Shown piece by piece: positions 1 through 9,477 of a DNA stretch of 64,000 nt. The notes below the pieces were generated by a model. That model was not told the DNA's origin. It saw nothing but the letters and a program-made list of their open reading frames with translations, and searched no databases. Source of the stretch: an uncultured Poribacteria bacterium (GTDB lineage Bacteria; Poribacteria; WGA-4E; WGA-3G); assembly GCA_958296135.2 (NCBI GenBank), contig CATQHZ020000001.1:1152001-1216000 (forward strand), in the 5' to 3' direction. Positions within the stretch are counted from its first letter, which is position 1; the number at the start of each line of letters is the position of its first letter. The position numbers and the translations under genes are program-made.

Positions 1-844
1 ATCTTGCATCCTGTTCCGCGGAACGTTTTCCGTGGTCGGTGGAGAGCCAGATGTCAATTGCTGTCACTAACCCGATGATCTCCTGCCGGTCTACTTTCAT
101 CCCGCGGCCGACAGGGCGCGGGCCAATGAAGCCGTGTGTTCTCACCGTTTGAATGAGTTCCTTTCTGCCACAGACGAATCCTGTTGAATGCGGCGCGTTG
201 AAGTACTTGCCGCCGAAGCAAACCAGGTCTGCGGATTGCGCGTTCTGTCGGAAGTAGTCTAGCGGATAGATTTGAGACGCGGCATCGGCGATGAGCGGCA
301 GGTTGTGCGAGTGCGCAATCTTCACTGCCTCCGCTAACGGCAGTGCCTTCCCCTGGTCGGGTTGGATGAGATAAGCAACCGCCGCTGTCTTTTCGCCGAT
401 GGCATCGTTCAATGCTTCTGCAGTGCAGCCCTCTTCGTCGCCGACAAAAACCAGTTTGCTTCCCGGAATGGTAAACGCCCTGTCGTAGGTGTAGTGTTGC
501 GTCTTCTGAAAGACGATTTCGTTTCTGAGCCCGGTGGTATCCGGGAGTTGTGCGCGCTTATCGGCATCGTTGCCGGTCATGACGGTGGCGGCGGTTAAGA
601 CGAGTGCGGCGTAGCATCCCGCCGTGACGTAGGCATCCTCAACGCCTAACCGTTCGGCGATGAATTGCCCGGATTTCTCCAGCAATTCTTCCATCTCGAC
701 GTAGCTTGCATCGGCTTGATGCATCGCTTCGCGCACGGCTGCGGCGGGTGTTGAGCCGCCGCGCACGGTCTGGTTGCCCGTGGCGTTAATCACGGGCCGC
801 GCGCCGAGTTGCTTGTAAACGTTTCCCCAATCTGTATTCGCCAT
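1..844 (-). CDS. SelA-like / D-glucosaminate-6-phosphate ammonia-lyase-family PLP-dependent enzyme (3' end runs off the window)
   Basis: Manual translation from ATG at 844: MANTDWGNVYKQLGARPVINATGNQTVRGGS...; later DLVCFGGKYFNAPHSTG with the PLP lysine. SD AGGAGG upstream. Missing from the ORF track because it is truncated. Confidence 0.75.
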   Translation of the reverse strand, partial: MANTDWGNVYKQLGARPVINATGNQTVRGGSTPAAAVREAMHQADASYVEMEELLEKSGQFIAERLGVEDAYVTAGCYAALVLTAATVMTGNDADKRAQLPDTTGLRNEIVFQKTQHYTYDRAFTIPGSKLVFVGDEEGCTAEALNDAIGEKTAAVAYLIQPDQGKALPLAEAVKIAHSHNLPLIADAASQIYPLDYFRQNAQSADLVCFGGKYFNAPHSTGFVCGRKELIQTVRTHGFIGPRPVGRGMKVDRQEIIGLVTAIDIWLSTDHGKRSAEQDAR

Positions 845-959
845 AAGATGGCCTCCTTGCAGCGTTCACAGGTTTGGACAAGAAGTTAAACGCATTTTAG
901 CAGGCGTGGGACAATTTGTCAAGAAAAAAACTGGGGGGACTAGGACGATTCGGTTTTCC

Positions 960-2030
960 GTTATGGTAAAAAGGGCCCTTCGTCCGTAAGGCGCGGTCTT
1001 GTGCTGCGCCGTGCATCGGTAAAAAGGGCCCCTTAGTCCGTAGGGCGAGGGCCTGTCCCTCGCCATGCTTCGGTCTATCAAGAGAGATTGCGAGGGATGG
1101 GTTCTTGCGCGATGGTGAAAGGGCGCCTTCGTCCGTAGGGCGCGGTCTTGTGCTGCGCCATGCTGCGGTCTGCAGAGGAGATGGCGGTAGTCCGGGATTT
1201 CGCGCGTTTTTTGTGTGGGTCGAGAGATCGCGAGGGACAGGCCCTCGCGCTACGGTTAATAAGAGCTTAGCGAGGGGACCCCTCGGCGATTCGTTATCGC
1301 CGGGCCCTCGCGCTACGGTGAAAGGGGCCGTTTTGAGGGATCGAGAGATCGCGAGGGACAGGCCCTCGCGCTACGGTTAAAAGGGCGCCTTAGTCCGTAG
1401 GGCGAGGGCCTGTCCCTCGCCATGCTTCGGTCTATCAAGAGAGATTGCGAGGGATGGGTTCTTGCGCGACGGTGAAAGGGCCCCTTAGTCCGTAGGGCGC
1501 GGTCCTGTGCTGCGCCATGCTGCGGTCAATTGAGGAAGCTCGCGAGGGGACCCCTCGGCGATTCGTGATCGCCGGGCCCTCGCGCTACGGTGAAAAGGGG
1601 CCGTTTTGAGGGATCGAGAGATCGCGAGGGACAGTGGACATCTCTGCAGCGAGGCTGCAGAGATGACAAAGTTTCGGCGTGACGGCCCTCGCGCTACGGT
1701 GAAAGGGGCCTCTTTCGCGCTACGATGAAAGGGGCCCTTCGTCCGTAGGGATCGAGAGATCGCGAGGGACAGGCCCTCGCGCTACGGTTAATAAGAGCTT
1801 CGCGAGGGGACCCCTCGGCGATTCGTGCTCGCCGGGCCCTCGCGCTACGGTGAAAAGGGGCCGTCGGTGAAAGGGGCTTTCTTGTCGCGTGAACGATCGC
1901 GAGGGACAGGCCCTCGCGCTACGGTGAAAGGGGCCGTTTTGAGGGATCGAGAGATCGCGAGGGGCACCCTCGGCGATTCGTGCTCGCCGGGCCCTCGCGC
2001 TACGGTGAAAAGGGGCCGTTTTGAGTCGCA
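960..2030. repeat. Dense cluster of GTAG-family REP palindromes (core GTAG[C/G]GCGAGGGCCTGTCCCTCGCG and variants), in both orientations
   Basis: Many copies of cgcgagggacaggccctcgcgctacgg, ccgtagggcg... and the extended form cgagggga-ccctcggcgattcgtg-tcgccgggccctcgcg. Confidence 0.9.
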
Positions 2031-2040
2031 ACAAAAATTC

Positions 2041-2121
2041 TTGACAAAAATGTGAAAAAATGATAGCATCTAAAAGAATTCACATTTTTAAGTTGACAAA
2101 CGCGCAAAAATGTGGTATCCT
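2041..2121 (+). promoter_or_regulatory. Two tandem sigma70-type promoters with an operator-like inverted repeat
   Basis: TTGACA(2041)-17-TAGCAT and TTGACA(2093)-17-TATCCT, both with an extended TG. Inverted repeat AAAAATGTGAA(2046-2056)/TTCACATTTTT(2079-2089). Confidence 0.6.
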
Positions 2122-2176
2122 ATTTATAGTATCAATTTTGGCATGAAATTCAACACAACGAAAAAGGAGCACGAAC

Positions 2177-2560
2177 GTGAACACTCAATTCCACGCGGAT
2201 CCTCCGATTCGTCTGCAGACATCCGTGAAAGCGACGCTGCAGCCGCCCTGGCTGCGCACCGTATCCCCGTTTGCGTTTGCGCCTCCCGTTGATGATGCCC
2301 TAGACCGGATTACCCCCCCCCATTGCTTTACGCCTGTTAACCATTGCCAATCTCGGCACGAAGGGGCTCTGGGGGGATATCCCTGCTCACAATTCCAATA
2401 TGAAAAACCGCGCGCGGTGCATGCGCGCGACTCACATTGCTCCGTGGCAGCCGCTCACGTTCGCGTGGACGCGGCTGCCACGGGGCTCTTCGCGTTGCAC
2501 CGATGGCTGCAACGCCGAAGGCCACCAGCGTTGTTCCGGGGAAATTTCTGTCCCCACTAG
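2177..2560 (+). CDS. Possible leader ORF containing a C9 tract
   Basis: GTG start with AAGGAG SD just downstream of the promoters. No recognisable domain. Confidence 0.3.
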   Translation: MNTQFHADPPIRLQTSVKATLQPPWLRTVSPFAFAPPVDDALDRITPPHCFTPVNHCQSRHEGALGGYPCSQFQYEKPRAVHARDSHCSVAAAHVRVDAAATGLFALHRWLQRRRPPALFRGNFCPH

Positions 2561-2713
2561 GGGTATAAAGGGACAGGATAACCGTGGGCCTCCGCCCACG
2601 GTTACCCTGTGTTCTCCGCGGACGCTACTGCCTTCCAATCTAACATCGGACAGCGCGGCCGTGCCGCCGCTGTTATCTCACTTCACTCTATTTTCAATGG
2701 AGGAACTATTATC

Positions 2714-5700
2714 ATGACAACGAAATCGTTATTTTTCTACGCGAGATTCTTTGTTTGCCTGATGCTCGCCGGGGGTGTCTCCGTAATCGCTACCCCGAAC
2801 GAAGCACAGGCTGCCGCCCCGACGCTGGTGAGCGTATCGCTAGACCCGCCACCAGCCGGGCAGTCCGGAAAATCCCGTTATCATAAGGTGCGCCAAGAGT
2901 GCCCGGGGGCCGGTAGACGAAACCACCCTACTAACTGGCAATGTGACCTCACGGACCCCAAGGGCCTCGTGCACGACCACGGGTGGTCCCTTCCCACCGG
3001 CCCCAGGCCGGTGAGGTTGGACAATAGCCCAACAGCTGCCTACTATAAAGTTGGCGACACCGTGAGATTCAATGTGGAGTTTAGCGAGCCGGTCACCGTG
3101 AGTGCTCGTCCGCCGCTTGTGTATCTGCAAGGTGACGCTTTCAAGGTGCCGTATTTCACATACAGCTCTGGCTCGGGCTCAAAGGTGCTCACTTTTGAAA
3201 AGACCGTGGAAGAAGGACAGCATAGCTTCGGCGGATTGCAGCTTTTTAGCGGCTTTTGGCCGAATACCCATCAGGTTGCAAATGATCAGGCGGACCTCTG
3301 GAGGAAAGGCACTGCACTTTCCGCCGGTCAGGTCCGGTGGATAAGAAATGCGGCCAACGAGAATTTTGATATGGACACCAATGGTCAAACGGCATTGACT
3401 GCGTTCTTTGCTACGCAGGCCGACTCTGCCGCAACCGGTATCATCCAATACCTTGTAGATCCCATCCCGGCGACGGTGTGGATTCCCGGCTTGATAGATA
3501 ATGATGATACAGCGGTTGATGGAGATCCTGCTACGCACATGGAAGATCGGCGCCTCGAATTCATATCCGCGGTGACGAGGGGGGATTACGTGAAGGAGGA
3601 TTTTACGGAGACTATTACAGAAGGGACCCTGCAGACAGGTCCGTTTGATGTGGAATTCCGCTTTTTCAACCTTGATACGCCGAATCCGCTTAAGTATCCG
3701 GGAACTGAGGTCCTCGCGGACGAAGTGGGCACGAGTTTTGAACCGAGTGATGTTGAAATCATGTATCCGGGTGTCTCCCGAAGTGACTGGGGTGTCGAGC
3801 TGGCGTATGTCGGGCTGGACCATCGCGCGGGGAACGAGTGGCCGTGGAGTAGCGGTGCCACGCACGGCCCAGGTGAAGTCAAAAAGTCTGCATCGTTCCT
3901 CGTCTACAAAGCGACTATCACCCCGCCGGACGGTATTGGCGGCGATGTGGCAATCAGTCTGCCCCAAGGTGCCACGATGGACATCGCCGGAAATCCCAGC
4001 AAGGCATCAAATACGTTGATAGTGCCGGTGAGGACTCGACCGGGGGTGCAGCTAGCCCGGCCGGCAGGGGAAACGAGCGTAGCGATAGACGACTTTACCG
4101 TTGAATTGTCCTTCACTCACAACGTGGATTTTCCGCTGGATATCGAGAAACTCAGCATCACGCAGGCGGATGGCACCGCCTTAGATTGGCCGGTTGCGCT
4201 CGCCGATCGGACAGCTCTGGGCACGACAGACAGCATTGTTGTGACGCCGGCTGCCAATTTTGAGGGAGAGGTGCACATCACGCTTGCTGCAGGCGCGGTT
4301 CAGGACGAATCCGAGCAGTGGAACGTTGCCGCCGCGGCGGCATTAGTTGTGACGGTGGACACTCCGTTGCGCGTGGTGGAACCGCCGGAGATTGTCGAGC
4401 CCCCCGCGGGTGTCTATACCGCCGGGGATAAGATTGAAGTGTCGGTGACGTATGCCCAGGAGAATCTACGGTATGAAGGGGCGAACCCGCCGTATCTGGT
4501 GGTGTATCTGGGTGAACAGGTGTTAGCGAATGCGCGGCATGCTGTTTGGACAGCGGCGGCAGGCACGAATCCGACGAAAGTGACGTTTGCGTATACGGTG
4601 GCAGCCACGGACACGGTGACGGATGCAGTGCGTGCTCCCTCTGTTGAGATACTCGTGCCGGAAGAGACGACGTTGTTGTCTGGGCCCCTAGGTGCGCCGG
4701 ATGGGCAGCAGGTTGGGACAGCGGCGCCAGCTGTTGCGTCTGGTGCTGCGCCGGCCTCGGTGCCGGAGTTAGATCCGGTGGAAGATACGTCTGGACGTGA
4801 GCTTCCGCCGATCGTCAGGGAGACACCGGTTATACCGGTTGTGCCGTTTTTCCCCGAGGCGGCTTCGCCGAAGGCTGCTGCCTCCGAGGTGCCTCGCAGT
4901 CCGATTGTTTTCAACGAGTTTGGCAATGGCAGCGGTGATGCAAACGACTGGCTGGAGCTCCGCAATGTCACGGGTTCGGCTGTCTCCTTGAAAGACTGGG
5001 AGCTCAGTGTCGTGCAAGATGACAAAAAGGAAGATACGTCGCTCTTCGTTTTCGCGGATGTGAGCGTGCCGGCGAATGGGCTGCTGTTGCTGACGAACAG
5101 CGATCCGACAGCCGACGGCAACGTCCTCGCCGGTGGCGATGATGTCGCCACTGCCGATGTGGAGCACAAAGGTTCGCCGCATCAGTATCTCATCAACGCA
5201 GGGCTGTCCCTGCCGGATGATGGGCAGTTCCTGTTGATTCTGCGAAACGCCAAGGAGAAACTCGGTATGAACGAGGCATTTGTCGATGTCGCCGGTGGCG
5301 GTGGCAGTGACACGGATGCGTTCGTTCGCGAGCAGACAGGTGACTATGATACCTACGTGTGGCCGTTGCAAGTGCGTCAGGCACCGGGTGGTGATACCGA
5401 AGGGGCTCTCAGCTCTGGTAAGGTGTGGCAGCGCGCCAAGGCAGATATTGTGGGTTACCATAAAGATGCCTGGGCAGAGGCGGCGTTCACCGGTATCGGC
5501 TATGACAGGACTGTCTCGAAGTCTGCGGCGACGGGTGGCACGCCGGGGTATCCGAATGGTGCCGTGAAAACCGGTGCAGCCACGCCGAAAGGGAGTATCA
5601 CTATCAGCGAGGTGATGTTCGATTCAGGTGGTGGGACATTGCCGCAGTGGATAGAACTCTACAATGCTTCCAAGACAGAGGCCCTCAACCTGAACCGGTG

Positions 5701-6586
5701 GCAATTGGAGTTCCAGAATGTGGATTCGGAGGAATTGGTAGGGCGGCCGATTGTGGCGTTGGCGTTGCAGGAGAAGGTGATTCAGCCGAATCAGACGCTG
5801 CTGATTGTCGCGGGGCCTGCGCGTGCGTCATCAAGCACGGTGTTTCCTGCTGAGCGCGTTTACAACCTGTTGGCATTGCATCAGCGGAACCTGCGTATCA
5901 AGCGTGCGCAGGATACGTTCCTGAGCGCGGAAGGCTTCTACCTGAAGTTGACAGATAGCAACGGTAACCTCGTAGACGAGGTTGGCAACACTGATGGGAA
6001 TCGTCGGACGAAAGATGCGCCAGCGTGGGCGTTACCGGTGAGTGGCGAGGCAGGTGTTCGGAGCTCGCTGATTCGGCGTTACGACAACGGCGTTGCACTG
6101 AAAGGGAAGGAGCGTGCGAGTTGGGCGTTGTCAGCGAATCTCAAGAAACTCGCCGTGTCAGAACTCCACTGGGGTGATGCTGAGGACATCGGCACACCGG
6201 GGTATCGCGCTGGCGGTGCGTTGCCGGTGGAGTTGTCAAGTTTCTCGGTGATGCAGAATGAAGCTGGTGCGGTTGTCTTAACATGGACGACGGAGTCTGA
6301 AGTCGACAATGCTGGCTTCAACCTGCGCCGCAGCGAGAAACGCGACAGCGGTTTCACGCTGCTGAATGCTGCGTTGATTGCGGGTGCTGGCACGACGGGC
6401 GAGCGTCAGACGTATACGTATACGGATACGTCGGCGAAGCCGGGTGTTGAGTACTACTATCAGATTGAGGAAGTCGCGTTTGATGGGCGGCCGGCGACGT
6501 TGGCGACGCGGATGTTGCGGGGGCCTGTCTCTGCGGCGAATCGGATGCTGACGACCTTTGGTGCTCTGAAGCAGCAGGTGAAATAG
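2714..6586 (+). CDS. Large exported protein with Ig-like repeats and two lamin-tail (LTD) domains
   Basis: GGAGGA SD before ATG 2714; signal peptide ending AQA; YKVGDTV and YTAGDKI Ig-like modules; IVFNE...DWLEL and ITISEVMF...QWIEL LTD motifs; LPVELSSF...NAGFNL..S module; terminal MLTTFGALK. Confidence 0.8.
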   Translation: MTTKSLFFYARFFVCLMLAGGVSVIATPNEAQAAAPTLVSVSLDPPPAGQSGKSRYHKVRQECPGAGRRNHPTNWQCDLTDPKGLVHDHGWSLPTGPRPVRLDNSPTAAYYKVGDTVRFNVEFSEPVTVSARPPLVYLQGDAFKVPYFTYSSGSGSKVLTFEKTVEEGQHSFGGLQLFSGFWPNTHQVANDQADLWRKGTALSAGQVRWIRNAANENFDMDTNGQTALTAFFATQADSAATGIIQYLVDPIPATVWIPGLIDNDDTAVDGDPATHMEDRRLEFISAVTRGDYVKEDFTETITEGTLQTGPFDVEFRFFNLDTPNPLKYPGTEVLADEVGTSFEPSDVEIMYPGVSRSDWGVELAYVGLDHRAGNEWPWSSGATHGPGEVKKSASFLVYKATITPPDGIGGDVAISLPQGATMDIAGNPSKASNTLIVPVRTRPGVQLARPAGETSVAIDDFTVELSFTHNVDFPLDIEKLSITQADGTALDWPVALADRTALGTTDSIVVTPAANFEGEVHITLAAGAVQDESEQWNVAAAAALVVTVDTPLRVVEPPEIVEPPAGVYTAGDKIEVSVTYAQENLRYEGANPPYLVVYLGEQVLANARHAVWTAAAGTNPTKVTFAYTVAATDTVTDAVRAPSVEILVPEETTLLSGPLGAPDGQQVGTAAPAVASGAAPASVPELDPVEDTSGRELPPIVRETPVIPVVPFFPEAASPKAAASEVPRSPIVFNEFGNGSGDANDWLELRNVTGSAVSLKDWELSVVQDDKKEDTSLFVFADVSVPANGLLLLTNSDPTADGNVLAGGDDVATADVEHKGSPHQYLINAGLSLPDDGQFLLILRNAKEKLGMNEAFVDVAGGGGSDTDAFVREQTGDYDTYVWPLQVRQAPGGDTEGALSSGKVWQRAKADIVGYHKDAWAEAAFTGIGYDRTVSKSAATGGTPGYPNGAVKTGAATPKGSITISEVMFDSGGGTLPQWIELYNASKTEALNLNRWQLEFQNVDSEELVGRPIVALALQEKVIQPNQTLLIVAGPARASSSTVFPAERVYNLLALHQRNLRIKRAQDTFLSAEGFYLKLTDSNGNLVDEVGNTDGNRRTKDAPAWALPVSGEAGVRSSLIRRYDNGVALKGKERASWALSANLKKLAVSELHWGDAEDIGTPGYRAGGALPVELSSFSVMQNEAGAVVLTWTTESEVDNAGFNLRRSEKRDSGFTLLNAALIAGAGTTGERQTYTYTDTSAKPGVEYYYQIEEVAFDGRPATLATRMLRGPVSAANRMLTTFGALKQQVK

Positions 6587-6587
6587 A

Positions 6588-7378
6588 TGTAGGGCGAGGG
6601 TTGTCCCTCGCGATGTAGAAAACGGCCGTGGTCCCTTGGGGCTGCGGCTGTTTTTTTCGTGGGTTGCGGCGATTGCGAGGGGGTCCTTAGTCCGTAGGGC
6701 GCGGGCCTGTGCTGCGCCGTGCGATGGTAAAAAGGGCCCCTTCTACCGTAGGGCGCGGGCCTGTGCCGCGCCGTGCGATGGTAAAAAGGGCCCCTTCTAC
6801 CGTAGGGCGCGGTCCTGTGCCGCGCCATGCATCGATCTGCAGAGAAGAGGCCCGAAGTCCTGGGGCTTCGGGCGTTTTTTGTGTAGGTCGGTAGATCGCG
6901 AGGGACAGGCCCTCGCGCTACGGACTAAGGGGCCTTCGGTTAAAAGCCTTAGTCCGTAGGGCGCGGTCCTGTGCCGCGCCGTGGTTCGGTCTATCGCGAG
7001 GGGCACCCTCGGCGATTCGCGATCGCCGGGCCCTCGCGCTCCGGTTAAAAGGGCCTTTTCTTGTCGCGTGAGAGATCGCGAGGGACAGGCCCTCGCGCTA
7101 CGGTGAAAAGGGCCGTTTTGCGAGGGACAGTGGACATCTCTGCAGCGAGGCTGCAGAGATGACAAAGTTTCGGCGTAACGGCCCTCGCGCGATGGTGAAA
7201 GGGGGTCCTTAGTCCGTAGCGCGCGGTCCTGTGCCGCGCCATGCATCGGTCTATCAAGAGAGATCGCGAGGGGCACCCTCGGCGATTCGCGATCGCCGGG
7301 CCCTCGCGCGATGGTGAAAAGGGCCGTTTTAAGGGGCGATCGCCGGGCTTTCGCGCGAGGGTGGAAAGGGGCCGTTGT
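6588..7378. repeat. Second GTAG-REP cluster with the same modules as 960-2030
   Basis: Repeated gtagggcgcgggcctgtgccgcgcc and cgcgagggacaggccctcgcgctacgg, plus the nested ctctgcagcgaggctgcagag module. Confidence 0.9.
6622..6658 (+). terminator. Putative intrinsic terminator
   Basis: Stem acggccgtggtcc/gggctgcggctgt (with G-U pairs) followed by a T tract, 35 nt after the stop codon. Confidence 0.45.
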
Positions 7379-7386
7379 GATAATTC

Positions 7387-7415
7387 TTGCTTTTTTTTGC
7401 GAATTCTGGTATAAT
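7387..7415 (+). promoter_or_regulatory. sigma70-type promoter
   Basis: TTGCTT-17-TATAAT with an extended TG, upstream of 7447. Confidence 0.6.
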
Positions 7416-7446
7416 AAATGTCAAACGGCTTTTGTAAGGAGGCACT

Positions 7447-8577
7447 ATGAAGGATTTTGCGTTTACAGGCGGCCGGCCAGATCCCTATACCTTCCCAACG
7501 GAAGGGCTCATCGCCGCGAGTGAGAAGGCACTCCGGAAACTTGGCGGCGACTTGGTGAATTATCCGGGTGAATCTGGCTACCGCGGCCTGCGTGAGCTCG
7601 CCTCAATGCGGTTTGAACGGCGCGAAGGCATCCCTCTCCCGATAGATAATATCTCGATTACCTCCGGTTCCATGCAGGCCCTGGAATTGGTGCTCGGGAC
7701 GCTTATCAACCCGGGCGACACGGTGCTGACGGAGGAATACACCTACAGCGGTACCTTGGGCATCATGCGGCATTTCAAGGCGAATATCGTCGGTGTGCCG
7801 ATGGACTATATCGATGGCATGGACATGGACGCGCTGGAGGTGCAACTGAAGGCGCTCCAGGCACAAAATATCCGGCCGTCGCTTATCTATACCACCTCGA
7901 ACCACCAGAACCCGACGGGTGCGATTTTGTCGCTGGAACGCCGGCACCGGATGTTGGAACTCGCCGAGGCATACGACACGCTCATCGTTGAGGACGACTG
8001 CTACGGCGACATTGACTTTACGTCTACGCCGACGCCGGATTCGCTTTTTAAGTTGGATACCGCAAATCGGGTGATTTTCATCGCCACGTTCTCTAAAATT
8101 TTAGGTGCAGGCGTGCGGCAAGGCTATTTCGTTGCACGAGAACCCTATTACGGGCAAATTCACCAGAGTCGGTGGGATGGGGGTACGAGCGCGCTAGCGA
8201 GTGCTATCGTCGCCGAATTTTTCATGGAGCACCTTGAGGCACACCTCGTGAAGACGAACGCCGCTGTCGGCGCGAAATGCCGCGCTGTCGTTGAAACGCT
8301 TGACAAACACGGCAGCGAGTGCTGCACGTGGACGCGGCCCCGCGGCGGACTTTTTCTCTGGCTCGATCTGCCATCGGAAACTGATTTGGACCGGTTGCAG
8401 CAACTTGCTTCGGCGAAAGGGGTGGGATACAGCAACGGCAGCGCGTTCCACTATGCGAGCGAGCCGGTCAAAGCGATTCGCCTCGCGTATGCTTACTGCC
8501 ACGTTGACGACATTCCGGAAGGGATTACCTATCTGTGCGAAGCTATCCGTGGCGCGCAGCGCACAAAAACGGATTAG
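7447..8577 (+). CDS. PLP-dependent aminotransferase class I/II (2-aminoadipate transaminase/MocR-like)
   Basis: HQNPTG, VEDDCY, TFSKILGAGVRQG and GGLFLW motifs; AAGGAGG SD. Confidence 0.9.
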   Translation: MKDFAFTGGRPDPYTFPTEGLIAASEKALRKLGGDLVNYPGESGYRGLRELASMRFERREGIPLPIDNISITSGSMQALELVLGTLINPGDTVLTEEYTYSGTLGIMRHFKANIVGVPMDYIDGMDMDALEVQLKALQAQNIRPSLIYTTSNHQNPTGAILSLERRHRMLELAEAYDTLIVEDDCYGDIDFTSTPTPDSLFKLDTANRVIFIATFSKILGAGVRQGYFVAREPYYGQIHQSRWDGGTSALASAIVAEFFMEHLEAHLVKTNAAVGAKCRAVVETLDKHGSECCTWTRPRGGLFLWLDLPSETDLDRLQQLASAKGVGYSNGSAFHYASEPVKAIRLAYAYCHVDDIPEGITYLCEAIRGAQRTKTD

Positions 8578-8592
8578 CGAGGGAAAGTTAAA

Positions 8593-9402
8593 ATGAAGAA
8601 ATTGACACATCGGCTCCTGAACCTGAGAACCGTTTGGGTTCTCTTGACGTTCGCCGCGAGTTTGGGATTCGCAACGCACGGTTATGGCCAGGCTGTTGTT
8701 TCGCTAGCGGCGACAGAAGGTGATACGCTGACTGTCGGCGAACAAATAGAGGTAAGCGTTACCGTCGCGAATGGCGCGGGGGTTGCGGGATATGCATTGC
8801 TCCTCGCCTTTGACGCGGCGGTGTTGCGCTATGTCAACGCGACACCGGGAGACTACCTCCCGCCGGGTGGTGTATGGATGGCACCTCAATTGCGCGCGGA
8901 CGGAAGTTATGAGGTCGCGCTCAGCGTTGGCGATGAAACATCGTCGGGCAAGACTGTGCAATTTGCGGAAGAGGAGCTCTCTGTACAGGATATGCTCTTC
9001 AATCTGCCGGGACAGCCGGCAGCGGTTGAGGATCCGTACGCTGTGTCCGTTCTGGCTTCGTCTGTCCCCGAGGCCGCCGAGGCAACGGATGGCACGCTTG
9101 TCACCTTCACGTTTGAAGTCATTGCGGCAAAATCGACTACCCTCAGCCTTGTTGAAAACCTCTCCGATGTTGAAGATGTCCCTTTGGCAGTTATTGCCCA
9201 GAGTCAAACGCTGTCCCTTAACGCTTCGGCGGCACCGGTTGATGTAAACGGCGATGGCACTGTCAACATCTTGGACTTGGTTTTCGTGGCTGGGCATTTC
9301 GGTGCGTCCGTGACGGCGGCGAATAAGGCGGCGGATGTCAATGGTGATGACGCGATTAACATTTTGGATTTAACGCTCATCGCGCAAAACTTCGGAAAAT
9401 GA
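8593..9402 (+). CDS. Exported cohesin + dockerin type I protein
   Basis: Signal peptide; cohesin-like VAGY..L.FD..VLRY and GTLVTFTFEV; two DVNGDG.[VI]NILDL dockerin repeats. Confidence 0.8.
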   Translation: MKKLTHRLLNLRTVWVLLTFAASLGFATHGYGQAVVSLAATEGDTLTVGEQIEVSVTVANGAGVAGYALLLAFDAAVLRYVNATPGDYLPPGGVWMAPQLRADGSYEVALSVGDETSSGKTVQFAEEELSVQDMLFNLPGQPAAVEDPYAVSVLASSVPEAAEATDGTLVTFTFEVIAAKSTTLSLVENLSDVEDVPLAVIAQSQTLSLNASAAPVDVNGDGTVNILDLVFVAGHFGASVTAANKAADVNGDDAINILDLTLIAQNFGK

Positions 9403-9477
9403 GTGGAATTTCACGGGTGAATCAAAAACCGAGAGCTACATCGCTCTGCCTGCCAACGGTTAAGAGAGGTTCAAACT

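Noticed and set aside
1-844. True selenocysteine synthase selA
   Set aside because: It lacks the SelA N-terminal domain, and no selB, selD or tRNA-Sec is seen in the window.
960-2030. CRISPR array, or the protein-coding ORFs called in the REP fields (also 6460-7523, 29406-29943, 33700-34021, 59862-60422)
   Set aside because: Irregular spacing and mixed orientation; the ORFs are translations of GC-rich palindromes (RGTGPRAT, ARGPVPR) with no other coding signal.
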